NCBI GenBank assembly: GCA_030324005.1 | Contig: JARDVH010000025.1 | Location: 39,613,078-39,673,646 of the forward strand | Direction: 5' to 3' | DNA: 60,569 nucleotides | Source: Negaprion brevirostris | Taxonomy: Eukaryota | Shown: positions 35,715 to 47,723 of the stretch, one piece after another | How positions within the stretch are numbered: position 1 is the stretch's first letter | Layout of the letters: each line of letters begins with the position of its first letter | Notes under the pieces: generated by a model | What the model was told of the DNA's origin: nothing | The model's input: the letters and a program-made list of their open reading frames with translations, nothing else | The model's database searches: none | Made by a program: the position numbers and the translations under genes

Positions 35715-36447
35715 GGGTCAAATAATGATAAGACGGTGTACAGAAATGAGATAGAGAATCTGGTGAACTGGTGCGGTGACAATAATCTCTCCCACAATGT
35801 CAACAAAAAGGAGATAGTTATCGACTTCAGGAAGCATCGAGGACAACAAGCCCCTGTCTACATCAACAGAGAAGAAGTAGAAATGGTCGAGAGCTTCATG
35901 TTTTTAAGTGTCCAGATCACCGACAATCTGTCCTGGCCCACCAATGTCTCTACTTTCTCAGAAGACCAAAGAAATTTGACTTATTTATGACTCACCAACC
36001 TTTACAGGTGCACCATAGAAAGCATCCTTTCTGGTTGTATCACAGCTTGGTATGGCTCCTGCTTTTTCCAAGACCCCAAGAAACTACAAAAGGGTTGTGA
36101 ATGAAGTCCAGTCCATTACTCAAACAAGCCTCCCACCCATTGACACTGTCTACACTTCCCGCTGCCTCAGAAAAACAGCCAGACATTGTCTTCCACCTTC
36201 CGTCAGGCAAACATACATATGTCTGAGGACACGTACCAATCAACTGAAGAACAGCTTCTTCTGTGCTGCCAGACTTTTGAATATATTTACTTAGCATTAA
36301 ATTCATCTTTCCCTACACCCTGACTGACTGTAACACTACATTCTGCACTCTTCTTCTCTATGAACAGTATGCTTTGTCTGTATAGAGCGCAAAAAACAAT
36401 ACTTTTCAATGTGTCCTAAAACATGTGACAATAATACATCAAATCAA
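35715..36447 (+). mobile_element. Rex1/Babar LINE, 3' portion
   Basis: YRNEIENLVNWCGDNNLS.NVNK.KEIVIDFRK..VESF.FL.VQITDNLSW and LYRCTIESILSGCITAWYG; tail TTTTCAATGTG..CATGTGACAATAATACATCAAATCAA. Confidence 0.9.
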
Positions 36448-37035
36448 GTGTGTCAGGCTGGAGCTGCAGAAACTTAGTGCAGTGGAGCAAAAGCAGCAAG
36501 AGATGCAGTGTGTTTACTTGGACCTGTCAACCAGGCATTTGCACAGGAACAATTGTTGATAAATGCTTGACACATAACCTCAGTTATTCCAGCCACAAAG
36601 AGGATTTATTTGGTTTTGAATTATGTGCTACATTCACCTAGAGAGGAATGGTCCTATTCCTGGAAAACACTACATAAATCAAAACTACTTATACTGAAGC
36701 AAGTTTTCCCATTTAAATATCTCTTGGGAGATGAATTCACAATTAACTCATGATTTTCAACCCCAATGCTTAACATAAACTTAGACTTGCAACTTACATA
36801 GAAGCCAAAAATAAACAAAACAATACATAATACCCAAACAATTGCTCTCTCATGTTGTTAACCAAACTCTTAGGAGGCGACTTTACCATTTGTTTTTCTA
36901 AGTGCTGGGTGGACAGGATTTAGATCCATTTTTTGNNNNNNNNNNNNNNNNNNNNNNNNNNNNNNNNNNNNNNNNNNNNNNNNNNNNNNNNNNNNNNNNN
37001 NNNNNNNNNNNNNNNNNNNNNNNNNNNNNNNNNNN

Positions 37036-37676
37036 ACCTCAGGAAAGCAGCATGCATAATCAAGGACCCACCCACCCCAATCCAGGACATGCTCTCTTCC
37101 ACCTTCTTCCATGGGGAAAAAGATCTAAAAAGCTTGAGATCACCCCAATAGACTCAAGAACAGCTTCCTTCCTCCTGCCATCAGGCTTTTGAATGGTCCA
37201 ATCATGTATTAAGCTGATCTTTCTCTACATCCTAACTGTAACTGCAACACCATATTTTGCACTCTCTCCTTTCTTTTCCCCTGTGTACGGTAAAAGTAAA
37301 AGTTTATTTATTAGTCACAAATAGGCTTGGTAGCACTGCAATGAAGTTACTGTGAAGCTCTCCTAGTCGCCACACTCCAGTGCCTGTACGAGTACAGTGA
37401 GGGAGAATTTAGCATGGCCAAAACACCTAACTAATTTACATCTTTGGACTGTGGGGGGACATTGGAGCACTTGGATGAAACCCACTTTTACACGGAGAGA
37501 ATATGCAAACTCCACACAGTGGCCCGAGCCAGGAATCGAACAGGGGTCCCTGGCACTGTGAGGCAGCAGTGCTAACCATTGTGCCACCATGCCGTCCTGG
37601 TGGTACAGTGGAATGCTTTATCTGTACAGCAAGAAACAAGGCTTTTCACTATATCCATGTGACAATTATAAATCAG
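37036..37676 (+). mobile_element. Rex1/Babar LINE 3' end interrupted by a SINE
   Basis: LRKAACIIKDP.HP.PGHALF.LLP.G; the tail resumes after 37600 (GCTTTTCACTATATCCATGTGACAATT). Confidence 0.82.
37291..37597 (-). mobile_element. V-SINE subfamily B, full length
   Basis: Minus strand GGACGGCATGGTGGCACAATGGTTAGCACTGCTGCCTCAC..TTTGTGACTAATAAATAAACTTTTAC. Confidence 0.9.
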
Positions 37677-39449
37677 ATGTATGTTATTATTTCATCTTTC
37701 AGCACAACTGCAGTGTATGAACCTTGTAATTAGAATGGAGGCAGATGTGTGTTGCTGTCCGTTTATATTGGTCCCCACTGGCACTAGCGTGAGACCCACA
37801 CCTTAAAGCAAGTTTTGGTTACACAAACAGAAATAATAGAAGAATTACGTGGGTAGTTTGTGGCAAATCAGCTGGATTTTGGAGTGTATCTGGCTTCTGT
37901 TTACAAATATGAGCAAGGAATTAGATCGTAACTACAACTTGTCACAGTTTCTAACCAATAAAAAATTCTGAATGCAATCAAAAATAAAATACAGCTTGAA
38001 CTATCAAGGAAATATTCCAAGCGTGGTACCATGTTATCAATTAATATGGACATTGCTGTTTAATGACCGGCGATTATTCCATTTATATGGTCTATTAAAA
38101 AAGTATTCCTATTGAAAGGCCATGTTGCACAAAGCACACACTGCTCCCAAACTGGAAAGGGCTGGAATCCACAGATAGGATTTGACCCTGTATGTGTAAA
38201 TTTTAAAATACTTTTCCTGTAATAGCTTAAGGCCCCATAACCGAAATAATTCAAAACCGCGTATGGCACCATGATAAAGCTGTTAACACAGAACTGAATA
38301 GTCTGCCCCTTATCCCAGCAGTGCACTGATGTGCAGCTAGTCTTGGGTTTTTGCTAATCTTTTAATCCTCTCAAAGGCTGTTCCTCCCCTCTGCATGGTG
38401 ACATTATTTCTTCTCATTTTGTTAACTTTCTTTTGGTTCAATTTATAGCCTCTTGCTTTCAGGGTCTGTGTGTGTCAATGCAACGTATCAGAAAGTGGGA
38501 ACCACACATCGGAACTCTGCATACCTTGCGAATGGTCGTCACACAGTCATTCTCAAACTGACACCGTAAACCGAACGCAGCAGCTATTTGCTCTGAACAG
38601 AATTCAGAAGGGGAAACATCACTACCTTCCACGCCAAGGTGATTCCTGATCGAGGTGACTCGAATCAGACAGCTGCCAAAGAAATCAGCAGTGCATAAAC
38701 TGTGCATAGGCAATCCAGTGCCATCCAGTGCATTAAATGGAGACTGACAGAGGTTTAGCTTGGAACAAACAAATTTCAGCTGAATACAAATCAGCCAGTG
38801 CATGAGAAAACATGAGATAAACGTTTAGAGATGACTCAAGATTGGAGATGTGTGAATTAGAGTGAGTAGTTATCCACTTGTGCATCGGCAAGGTGAGAGG
38901 GTCGTCACCAAGTCGAGTCTATAATCCTTTTTATTTTAAAACTAGGCATCAGATTTGATTGCCAACCTGATGTCCTTGCACCCATCCAGCTTTTGAAAAC
39001 TACCTCGGTAACCATACGGAAAAGCCCTGAAGCATGAACCTCTTAACTCCTTCACTCCTGACAGCAGCTGATCCCTACACTTGTGCAACAATCTTCTGTG
39101 TCACTTACTCTGGCTACTGCAGGCAAAGGAGCTGAAGGAACCAGTTTGATAAAGAGAGAGCAGGACCAGACTCTGCCATGGTAATGATGGCCAAACTGTC
39201 CTTGTTTGCCATTATCACGCCTAAAACTGATGGCAACATCTGGAGCCTGCACCTGTTCAGTTAAACGTAGAAGTTACTGTCAGTGACGCTTCTCGACAGG
39301 TTGCCAAAGTGTTGAGGGCCCCAGACTGCAATCAATTAAAAATCACTTAAGTCACCCAACCTTTTGCAGGATTTAATCTCATTATCAAAGTCCTTGAACT
39401 AGTTACACATAGTTGAATGGCGCAGAGCTAGGTTGTTAGTGACATACTA

Positions 39450-39726
39450 TGGGTGGCACGGTGGCACAGTGGTTAGCATTGCTGCCTCATAGAGCCAGAG
39501 ATTTGCTGGTTTGGGTCACTGTCTGCATTGGTTTCCTCCGGGTGCTCCAGCTTACTCCCGCAGTTCGAAAGACGCACTAGTTAGGTGCATTAGCCATGCT
39601 AAATTCTCCTACAGTGTACTCAAACAGGCACCAGAGTGTGGCGACTAGTGGATTTTCACAGTAACTTCATTGCAGCGTTAATGTAAGCTTATTTGTGACA
39701 CTAATAAATAAATTTTGAACTTAAAC
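39450..39726 (+). mobile_element. V-SINE subfamily B
   Basis: GGGTGGCACGGTGGCACAGTGGTTAGCA..GGATTTTCACAGTAACTTCATTGCAG..TGTGACACTAATAAATAAA. Confidence 0.9.
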
Positions 39727-39914
39727 TATGTTCATAATTACTGTTGACAAACTTGGCTGACCCTAAACAACTAACTTACTATTTGAGTAATGGAAAATAT
39801 CTCCATTATGATAGACTATCCCATTTACTTTTAAAATTATATTAATATCTTAACTTGTACAATTTCTCAGCTCCTACCTTAATTCAGTTTCATATAATGC
39901 GCATGTCCTAATGG

Positions 39915-40217
39915 ATGGCAAGTTGGCACAGTGGTTAGCACTGCTGCCTCAGCGCCAGGGACCTGGGCTCAATTCTGATGTCAGGTGAAAGTCTATCTGA
40001 AGTTTGCACATTTTCCCTGCATCTGCATGAGATCCTCTGGGTGCTTCGGTTTCCTCCCACAGTCCAAAGGTGCGTAGGTTAGGTGGATTGGCCATGCCAA
40101 ATTGACCCTCGTGTCAGAGGGATTAGCAGGGCAAATTCATGGGATTGTGGGAATAGGGGTTGGATTATGGTCAGTACAGATTTGATGGTCCAAATGGCCT
40201 CCTTCTGTACTATAGGG
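39915..40217 (+). mobile_element. HE1-type V-SINE with its tail cut at TAGGG by an LTR
   Basis: Ends GGCCTCCTTCTGTACTATAGGG; the expected ATTCTATG continuation is found inverted at 40856-40888. Confidence 0.88.
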
Positions 40218-40343
40218 TGTTAGAATGTAACCAGTGACAAATATGTATTGGATGACCAATGGGAATAAGATGCAAGAGTCAGCTGATCCAGTAGAACAGG
40301 GAACCAATCACAGAGTGATGTAAGTCAGCTGACCAACTGAATC
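40218..40343 (+). mobile_element. 5' part of an LTR (inverted copy of 41061-41197)
   Basis: TGTTAGAATGTAAC..ACCAATGGGAATAAGATGCAAGAGTCAGCTGA..GTCAGCTGACCAACTGAATC. Confidence 0.75.
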
Positions 40344-40419
40344 CTGTTGAGATAATTGTTGCTTTGGAAACTCAGCCAATCGTTCATCACAGAGGGAATT
40401 GTCAACAATTGTTAGAGCT

Positions 40420-40560
40420 CAAGACCCTCTGACGAAGGGTCATCTAGACCCAAAATACTGGCTCTATTCTGTCTCCACAGATGCTGTCAGACCTGTTGAG
40501 ATTTTCCAGTATTTTTCTGTTTTTGTTTCAGATTCCAGCATCCGTAGTGTTTTGTATTTA
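40420..40560 (+). mobile_element. Penelope-like element 3' remnant with a minimal hammerhead-ribozyme relic
   Basis: CTGACGA-A-GGGTC-ATCTA-GACCC-AAAA, followed by TCTCCACAGATGCTGTCAGACCTGTTGAG..CAGATTCCAGCATCCG. Confidence 0.7.
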
Positions 40561-40627
40561 ACAAAGTTGAAAGTAAAATGCATCGATTGACCATCACTTC
40601 TAATTATATTTTACACAGAATTGAAAT

Positions 40628-40810
40628 GATTAGAATCCTTCCAGTGCAGAAGGAGCTCATTTGGCCCCCAAGTCTGCAAAGAGCATCCCACCCAGCCCAC
40701 CCCACCCCACCCTCCTTCCCCATCCCCACAACCCAGCATATATACCGTAGCTAATTCACCTAATCTTCACGCTAGAGGTAATTTTTAGCATCTAATGCAC
40801 ACATCTTTGC
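40628..40810 (-). mobile_element. HE1-type V-SINE, 3' part
   Basis: TAGAATCCTTCCAGTGCAGAAGGAGCTCATTTGGCCC..TTTAGCATCTAATGCACACATCTTTG. Confidence 0.75.
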
Positions 40811-40888
40811 ATCTAAATTGTAAAGAAATACACTGATTAAGGCCTTAACGCAGGTTCATAGAATGGTAGAATCATCAGAGAATCCCTA

Positions 40889-41197
40889 TGTTTCTTCAGA
40901 AGGAACTCCTCAAAATGCAGCAAATAAAACAATAACAAAACTTATTCCAACTTATAAATCAAAGGAAGGGTTTAATAAAGAAACATCATTACTTCAAACT
41001 TGGGACCTCACCATGGGCCACTCCAAGCTCCCTACAATTGTACATAGTTCCTTATTTATAGTGAATCAGCTGGTCAGCTGACTATTACAGCACCCTGTAA
41101 TTGGTTTCATGGTTTACTGGGTCAGCTGACTCTTACATCTTGTTCCCATTGGTCATATTACATCCAATACAAAGTTGTCAGCAGTTACATTCTAGCA
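40889..41197 (-). mobile_element. solo LTR (309 bp)
   Basis: Minus strand TGCTAGAA..GAAACA termini, two CCAAT boxes, TATAAATAA and ATTAAA in the expected order. Confidence 0.75.
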
Positions 41198-41969
41198 ATA
41201 GGAGTGTTAATTATATTCAAATGTATGTTAATGTATTAAAATGTGACCCTGGTGAGGGACGATAAAGGTCCGATATCATGCTCTAGCCATGTGAGATTTC
41301 TGGATTTGGCCAGTTCTTGAGTTCCCATCGCATGGAGAGAGTGGGCTCAAGATCCTGCTCTATGTTCCTCCCTCTGTCAGAATACTGATTTTGATGCAAA
41401 AAGTGTGAGCCACAGTGCCAACAGTGACTTTCACCTGCTTTTCACTATGTCCAAATGCTCTTAATCTTTTACTTCAGTTCTGTGGAACCTCTGCCAAAAC
41501 CCAGTACCACTCATTAACAAACCTCTACCTCCAGGCAAAACTATAGCTCATGTAAATTTATGAATTTATTCCAATTCTCATGCTGTACCTGTACACATAA
41601 GTTTGTACTTGCAGTTGAACCCAAATAAAATACTGACCTGTACCACTTTCCATCTTTAACTTACTGTGCATGAAAATTTAATTTTGAAACGACTGAATAG
41701 TATTTATACAATGAAAATACAATTATAGGAATTTCAATTTTAGACTTCTTAGGCTTTCAGCTGTGTGTTCTGGACTTCCATTTTACTGGCAAAGAAACCT
41801 TGAGAATTTTGAAGCCCTGACCTCATTTTAAGTGTGACAACTAGGTGAGGTGCAGGAGACCCCCAAGCAGGCATGGTAGCGCAGCTTGCCAGACGAAGGC
41901 CTCAAGATGGGGCTCAGCGGTTGTGCAGTGTGGAGGCTTCAGGGTAAAATTGGCTCAGGTTATTCTTCT

Positions 41970-42297
41970 GGGACAGCACGGTGGCACAGTGGTTAGCACT
42001 GCTACCACACAGCACCAGGGACCCAGGTTCAATTCCCGACTTGGGTCACTGTGTGTTTTGAGATTGCACATTCTCCCCGTGTCTACATGAGTTTCCTCCG
42101 AGTGCTCCGGTTTCCTCCACAGTCCAAAGATATGCGGGTTAGATGGATTGGCCTTAGTGTTAGGCAGACTAGCCAGGGTGGCATGACTAGCTAGCATGGG
42201 GTTATGGGGATAGGACCTGGGTGGGATTGTGGTCAGTGCTGACTCGATGCGCTGAGTGGCCTCCTTCTGCATTGTAGGGATTCTGTGATTCTGTGTC
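41970..42297 (+). mobile_element. HE1-type V-SINE, full length
   Basis: GGACAGCACGGTGGCACAGTGGTTAGCACTGC..GGTTCAATTCCC..TGTAGGGATTCTGTGATTCTGTG. Confidence 0.93.
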
Positions 42298-43123
42298 TCT
42301 GCAGAGCTGTCCTGCAATTCACAAAGGTGAATCTGTGCACAGCTATAGCAGGATTCTGTGGTTTGATCACCTGGGCTGCGCTTGTACTACGATAGGCTTG
42401 ATAGGCAGTCTGGGGCCAATCCATAGTACAAGACCCTAATTGCCACATTGTATCATGTCTGAAACAGACAAGAAATTTGGTCAACTAGTGTTTGGTCCCA
42501 TTCAAAATGGAATTGGTGACACCATGCTGTTAACAGGCCAGTAAAAGTGCTGATCCTGTTTTGAAGAACATTAACAGCCTGTTAATCACAGGCAAATTAA
42601 GGAAGTCAAAACCTATCATGAAGATTGCTAAAATTGAAGAGTGAAATAGACAGAGAGCAAGAGAATGGGAAGGCAGGTAAAGTCTTTGGAATTAACATTC
42701 TGACCAGAGGACTGCAGTATGTTAGAAAAAAGATTAAATACTTTTTTGTAAAAAATTATGGTAAGCTTGATTGGAGCAAGAGACTGAAGGCAGAAAGGTC
42801 AAGGTGGAAAGGATCTGTCATATGGGAATCAGGATCACAGAATGAAGACATTAAGCAAAGTAATTACCCAAGTATCATTCCCAGCACTTTCTGCTTTTAT
42901 TTCAATTGTTTGCAGTATTTTTTTTAAAAATTAATGTTGGAACCTGCACTCTTCCAGAACTGTAGATGGTGCTGTTGCAAAATAACCATGTTCTTCAGCT
43001 GCCAAAGTAAAAGCACATAATGAGGGACAGAAGAAAGCTGAAAAACCAAGAGCAAATATGGAATAAGGAGGAAAACGGTGATGAGGGCAGTGTAACACCA
43101 GCTGCTCATATTATTGCCCGGAA

Positions 43124-43305
43124 TGGGTGGCACAGTGATTACCACTGCTGCCTCACAGTACCAGGGACCCGGATTCCATTCCGGCCTTAGGCGACTGTTG
43201 GTGTGGAGTTTGCATGTTCTCCCCATGTCTGCGTACATTTCTTCTGGGTGCTCTGATTTCCTCCCACAGTCCAAAGATATGAAATTAGGTGGATTGACCA
43301 TGCTT
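43124..43305 (+). mobile_element. V-SINE head and V domain (tail missing)
   Basis: GGTGGCACAGTGATTACCACTGCTGCCTCACAG..CCCACAGTCCAAAGAT..GGATTGACCATGCT. Confidence 0.85.
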
Positions 43306-43404
43306 AGGCCACAGCAAACATGCATTGTAATAATCTTGCCCAATAGGGGAGTTCATACACCAGTAAGCCCATGGGGAGATCTATTGATGTCCTTCATGGC
43401 CACA

Positions 43405-43697
43405 ATAACACACATCAATGATTTGGAGGAAGTAAAGTGGATAAACGTGTTATCCACTTTGGATGGAGAAATAAAACAGCTGCGTATCATTTAAATGGTG
43501 ATAGATTGGGAAATGTTGTCATACAGAGGGACCTGAGTGTCTTAGTACACCAGTCACTGAAAACAAGCATGTGGTAGGCAAAAAACAAGTAGTCAGGAAG
43601 GCAAATGGTATGTTGGCCTTCATTGCAAAAGGACTTGAATACAGGAGCAAGGATGTCTTAATGCAGCTGTACACGGCCTTGATTAGACCACACCTGT
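43405..43697 (+). mobile_element. CR1 RT internal fragment
   Basis: INDLEE, QRDL.VLVHQSLK, VRKANGMLAFIAKGLEYRSKDVLMQLY..LIRPHL. Confidence 0.85.
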
Positions 43698-45845
43698 CAA
43701 AGATAAGGAAAGATTGTAGATGACTTTAAGAGGCAGTTTGCTGTGAGCTCAGCACTAGCTCCATTAATCATTATATTGTCCAGTACTAGGTTTGTTTTGT
43801 GAACTAGGCTGGCGAGAGCATAGAAACGTCTGTACCATTTGGTCACCAAGGATAATGAGGCAAATTGTGACACTCCCTATTCCTGCTTTCTGTTGAGTTC
43901 ATCTCCAGAACAAGAATCAAACATGGGATTTTTAAATCTTTAAATAATTGACTTCATTCTTAATGCCAGTGCACAAGATCTGCAGCCATGATGGTATGTC
44001 CAGCCATATGTGCATCTCTCCTCTGAGGTCTCCGATCCCTCTTTTCCTTCTCCCTAATCCGCGGATGCCAAAAGCCCCTCCTGAATATCAGACAGCCTCA
44101 CAGTCTAGCTGACTATCACCAGGAAACAGAGATAACAAAAATTACTCCAATCCTGCCATTGAATTGGGCTGGAGCTTGGGGAAACTGAAGCAGTCACCCC
44201 TCTCCCACCTGGCGTCCAAACTAAGACCCAGCCAATTGTGATTTTGTTGCATTAAATTCATGGACAATTATGTTGAATGATGAGAGACATTCCATTATTT
44301 TGTTGTTTGGGTAAAATACTGAAGAATTGTATTTCAGTGTAATTTCAAAGGTACCTAGCCCTGAGTAGCCATAGTGCTTGCCAATCCAATCTTTAGGCTC
44401 CTTTTAAGATGCAAATCCTTGTGATCCACATTGGATCCCCATTGCTGTGCACCCACTGACCAGTTTTACTGGTGGTGGAGCTGCAGAGATAAGTTTCACA
44501 CTCATCTCATGGGGCAAGAGCCCGACAGAAATCAACTTGGCGATTATAAATAACCGGGGCTGCTTGGTTTTATAGTCTGCCTGAACGTGACATCAGTCAT
44601 TGAGCGTGAGTCGAGTGATTGAGGGGTTCACCTGCTTTTCCACTCCGGGCTGCAAAATGAATTGGATTTCTCCCACCATATCCATTTGTCTTTTTGTTTT
44701 GTGTGAGCTTTGCAGATGACAACTCTCACCTACTATTAATTGAGATAAATGGAAATGCATCTTTCACTCTCCTTTTCCTGAAGCACCATTATTCGATGTG
44801 AATGGAACATATCTGCTTGTTTGGAAGGAAGCTTCTGTGGAAGAATCATTCAAAGAGGATTCTGAGCAGGTTTCTCTTAACATATAAAATGTATGGCGCA
44901 NNNNNNNNNNCAGAAAAATAGAAATATATTGCATAAGGAATCATGTTGTATGAAAGGTACATTTCTGTTGAAAACAAAACTGAACTGTCTTGAAAACATT
45001 TAAATATAAAAAATTTGGAGAGTGCTGCATATTCTATGTTGCGTGCTGAATAAAATTGCACACAAGTCAGCACATGCGTAGGTGAGGAGCAGAGCTGAGC
45101 TGTGAATGATGGCTGATACTGCAGCTGCTCTTTGATATGAGGCAGATTGCCAGACAGACTACATGCTAATTTATCCTTATTCCACTTTGAGAGGAGGAAT
45201 GGAAAGTGAGATCATGAGCACCAGGACTGCGTGGGTAGGTTATAGGTTAATCAAACACTACTTAAAGAGACAGCCTCAATAATGATAAAAGCTAACTAAA
45301 GTTATCACAGCAGCCTGTTGGTGTCACAGCAGATTTCTGGTATCACGGCAGACTGTTGGTCTTTTAATCTGTAGTTTAACTTTGAGCGGGAGAGCTGAAT
45401 GACATCTTCAAAGGACTATGCCATGATCCAAATGACAGGGATTTCAATACAGAAATGATTGCTCTCAAATGCCAGCAAACATTTGCATGGTTATTTCTAT
45501 TTGTCAGGTTTACTTTGCTTTTATAAAGGTGCATTAGGTATAAATTTAATTTGAGCAGTCATGCAAAATGTGCGATAAGAAATCATCAAGGAAAAAATAA
45601 ACAGGCAGAGTAGAAAATAGGCCACTGAGTCGCTATCATCAAGTTTGCTTTATTGCCCAAGGCAAATTTCTAACCTATTATCCTCAGTTTTTAAGGAAAA
45701 GAATAATATCTGTATGGTACATTTCAACTCTTATCTTCACATAAAATAAATGTGCCATAACAGAGTGGACCTGCACTCCTTTTCCTAATGAGTAATGGGA
45801 GTTCATGAATAATTGAGAATTCTCAAATCTTTGTCTTGCAAACAT

Positions 45846-45973
45846 GGCCTGGAATTTTACTACCTGTCCTGCCCCGATTCCAGGACGGGCGAGGCTTGCA
45901 GATCGGAATTCTCTGTTGGCCTCGGGCGGGATTTTATGAGCCTCACCCGAGTGAGGTCATAAAATCCCATCCG
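45846..45973. mobile_element. short MITE-like element
   Basis: GGCCTGGAATTTTAC..GGGATTTTATGAGCCTCAC-CCGA-GTGAGGTCATAAAATCCC; inverted homologue of 15581-15706. Confidence 0.7.
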
Positions 45974-47723
45974 GGGTGTCAATGTCACAGACACAGGTAA
46001 CAAGATAAACAGTCTGCAGGTTTGTACACCAAGGCAAAAAACATGAAATACAAATGACAGAAGATGCTGTGTAATGGGGTGATATATTACACAAGACCTT
46101 GTCCTCTCAAAGTTCTGCTATAGATAATGGAATTCCATGGTGAATGGAACCAAGGGAATTCACGAGTATATCAGATATTCATTTATTTCCAAAGCTTATA
46201 GACCATTTAAGATCTTTTTCTCCACCTAACTCTGTCCTGTTCTTTGTGTTTGTTTTGAACAAATAAAAATAAGCTTTACTATATAAGTTCAGAAAGATTA
46301 AACAATTCACTATATCTTTCTTATACTTTAACATTCAGGGTAAGTATGAGGTATCTGTGATTTAACAGGTGAACTGTGGTCAGACACATCACACTACACA
46401 AAAGATGACAGTTGAGACCAAACCCAATTGCATGGATTTCTCAACAACCCACCCAGACCGTTGTCTCATTGTGGGCCAACCAAACCTCTGAAACTCTATC
46501 TTTCTCACGTCTGAAGATCCACATTTCCACATCTGAAGATCTTGCCTTGGATTCTCTCCAAAAATCAGTCCGACTAGGATGTCTTTAACAATGGCAGGCT
46601 TTCAATCTCGCCTTCTAAGATTCTTTTCCCCTGATTTCTGATCACACTCAAGCTTCACTTTCTGCACACAATGTCAGGTGTTTCGCCGTGCCAAGCAGAA
46701 CATCATTGCTCCAAAGAGGTACCTTTGCATCAAAGACTTGCAGCACAGTGTCACCAACCTTTGGCTGTATTTTTGGATCTTAAGGGCACTTCTCATGTCC
46801 ACTTCACTCAGAAGTCTGCTCCTTGCAGCTCCTTCTTAAATTCTTACTCTGCTGCTTTCCTTAACTTCACTTAAGGGAACTTAGTCTTGACTCCTGGTTT
46901 GTGCTTTACTGGAGACAATCTTTTCGGACCTCTGAGTGTCCCCCTGCTGCTTTGGGACCAGCTCCCTGCCTGCCTCCTGTGCCCTGCTCGCTGTGGCACA
47001 TACAAACATGAACAACATTCCCAGCTGGCACATGCACAAGGAGGCCAAGATCTAATGGGAACTGGAGTTCCTGACATCTGAAATTTAAACTAAGGTAAGT
47101 ATTTGAGTTTCTTAACATAAGCTGCAGACGGCAGCTGTTTCAGATGTTTACAGGTTTATAGAGAGTGAAATGTGGGAGGTTTTCACTGTTACAGGGGGAG
47201 CATACCCCATCATAATCAATTCTCTTCATGATAAAAAATGATCTTCAATTTATGCCCACTGATTACTTACTGACCTGACCAAAGCTCTTCATAATTTTGA
47301 GCATTTCTGACAGAACATCACTTGCTTTTCTGTGACTCTTTTCAAAGGGGCAGTTTCTTTAATCTGTTGCCATACTTTAAGCTTCTCATCCCAGATACCA
47401 TTTTAGTGAATCTCTTCTGAACCCTCTCCATGGTCTTGGCATTATTTAAAAATATGTAACCAATGACTCATATAGTTGAAGGATTTCTTTGCTTTTGTGT
47501 TTTGCCCTTCCCAGGACTTTTTGTGTTTCTATAAAAGCTTTATCAAATTCTTCCATTTTTAATGATTTAAAATGTGCCTGAACCCCCGGAGTCTGAGAGT
47601 TCCTTTTGAATCTTCATTTAGAACACATTTCCTTCCCTTTGGATGAATATTCGTCTGGGTGGGGAGATACATTTTGGTGCACTAATGGCCGCTGTTAGTG
47701 ATCAGATCAGAAACTCCAGGGTA

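Noticed and set aside
38459-38803. 114-aa minus-strand ATG ORF
   Set aside because: No recognisable homology; an ORF of this length can arise by chance in 60 kb.
40212-41203. Single Ginger-like TIR transposon with TSD ATAGGG/ATAGGA
   Set aside because: The SINE tail does not resume after 41203 but lies inverted at 40856-40888, and 40889-41197 has complete LTR features; the inversion model fits better.
41970-42045. tRNA-like sequences with A and B boxes (also at the other SINE heads)
   Set aside because: They continue directly into V-domain or Deu-domain SINE bodies, so they are not tRNA genes.
46069-47117. Possible additional solo LTR
   Set aside because: TG and CA ends can be chosen, but no TSD or second copy supports the boundaries.
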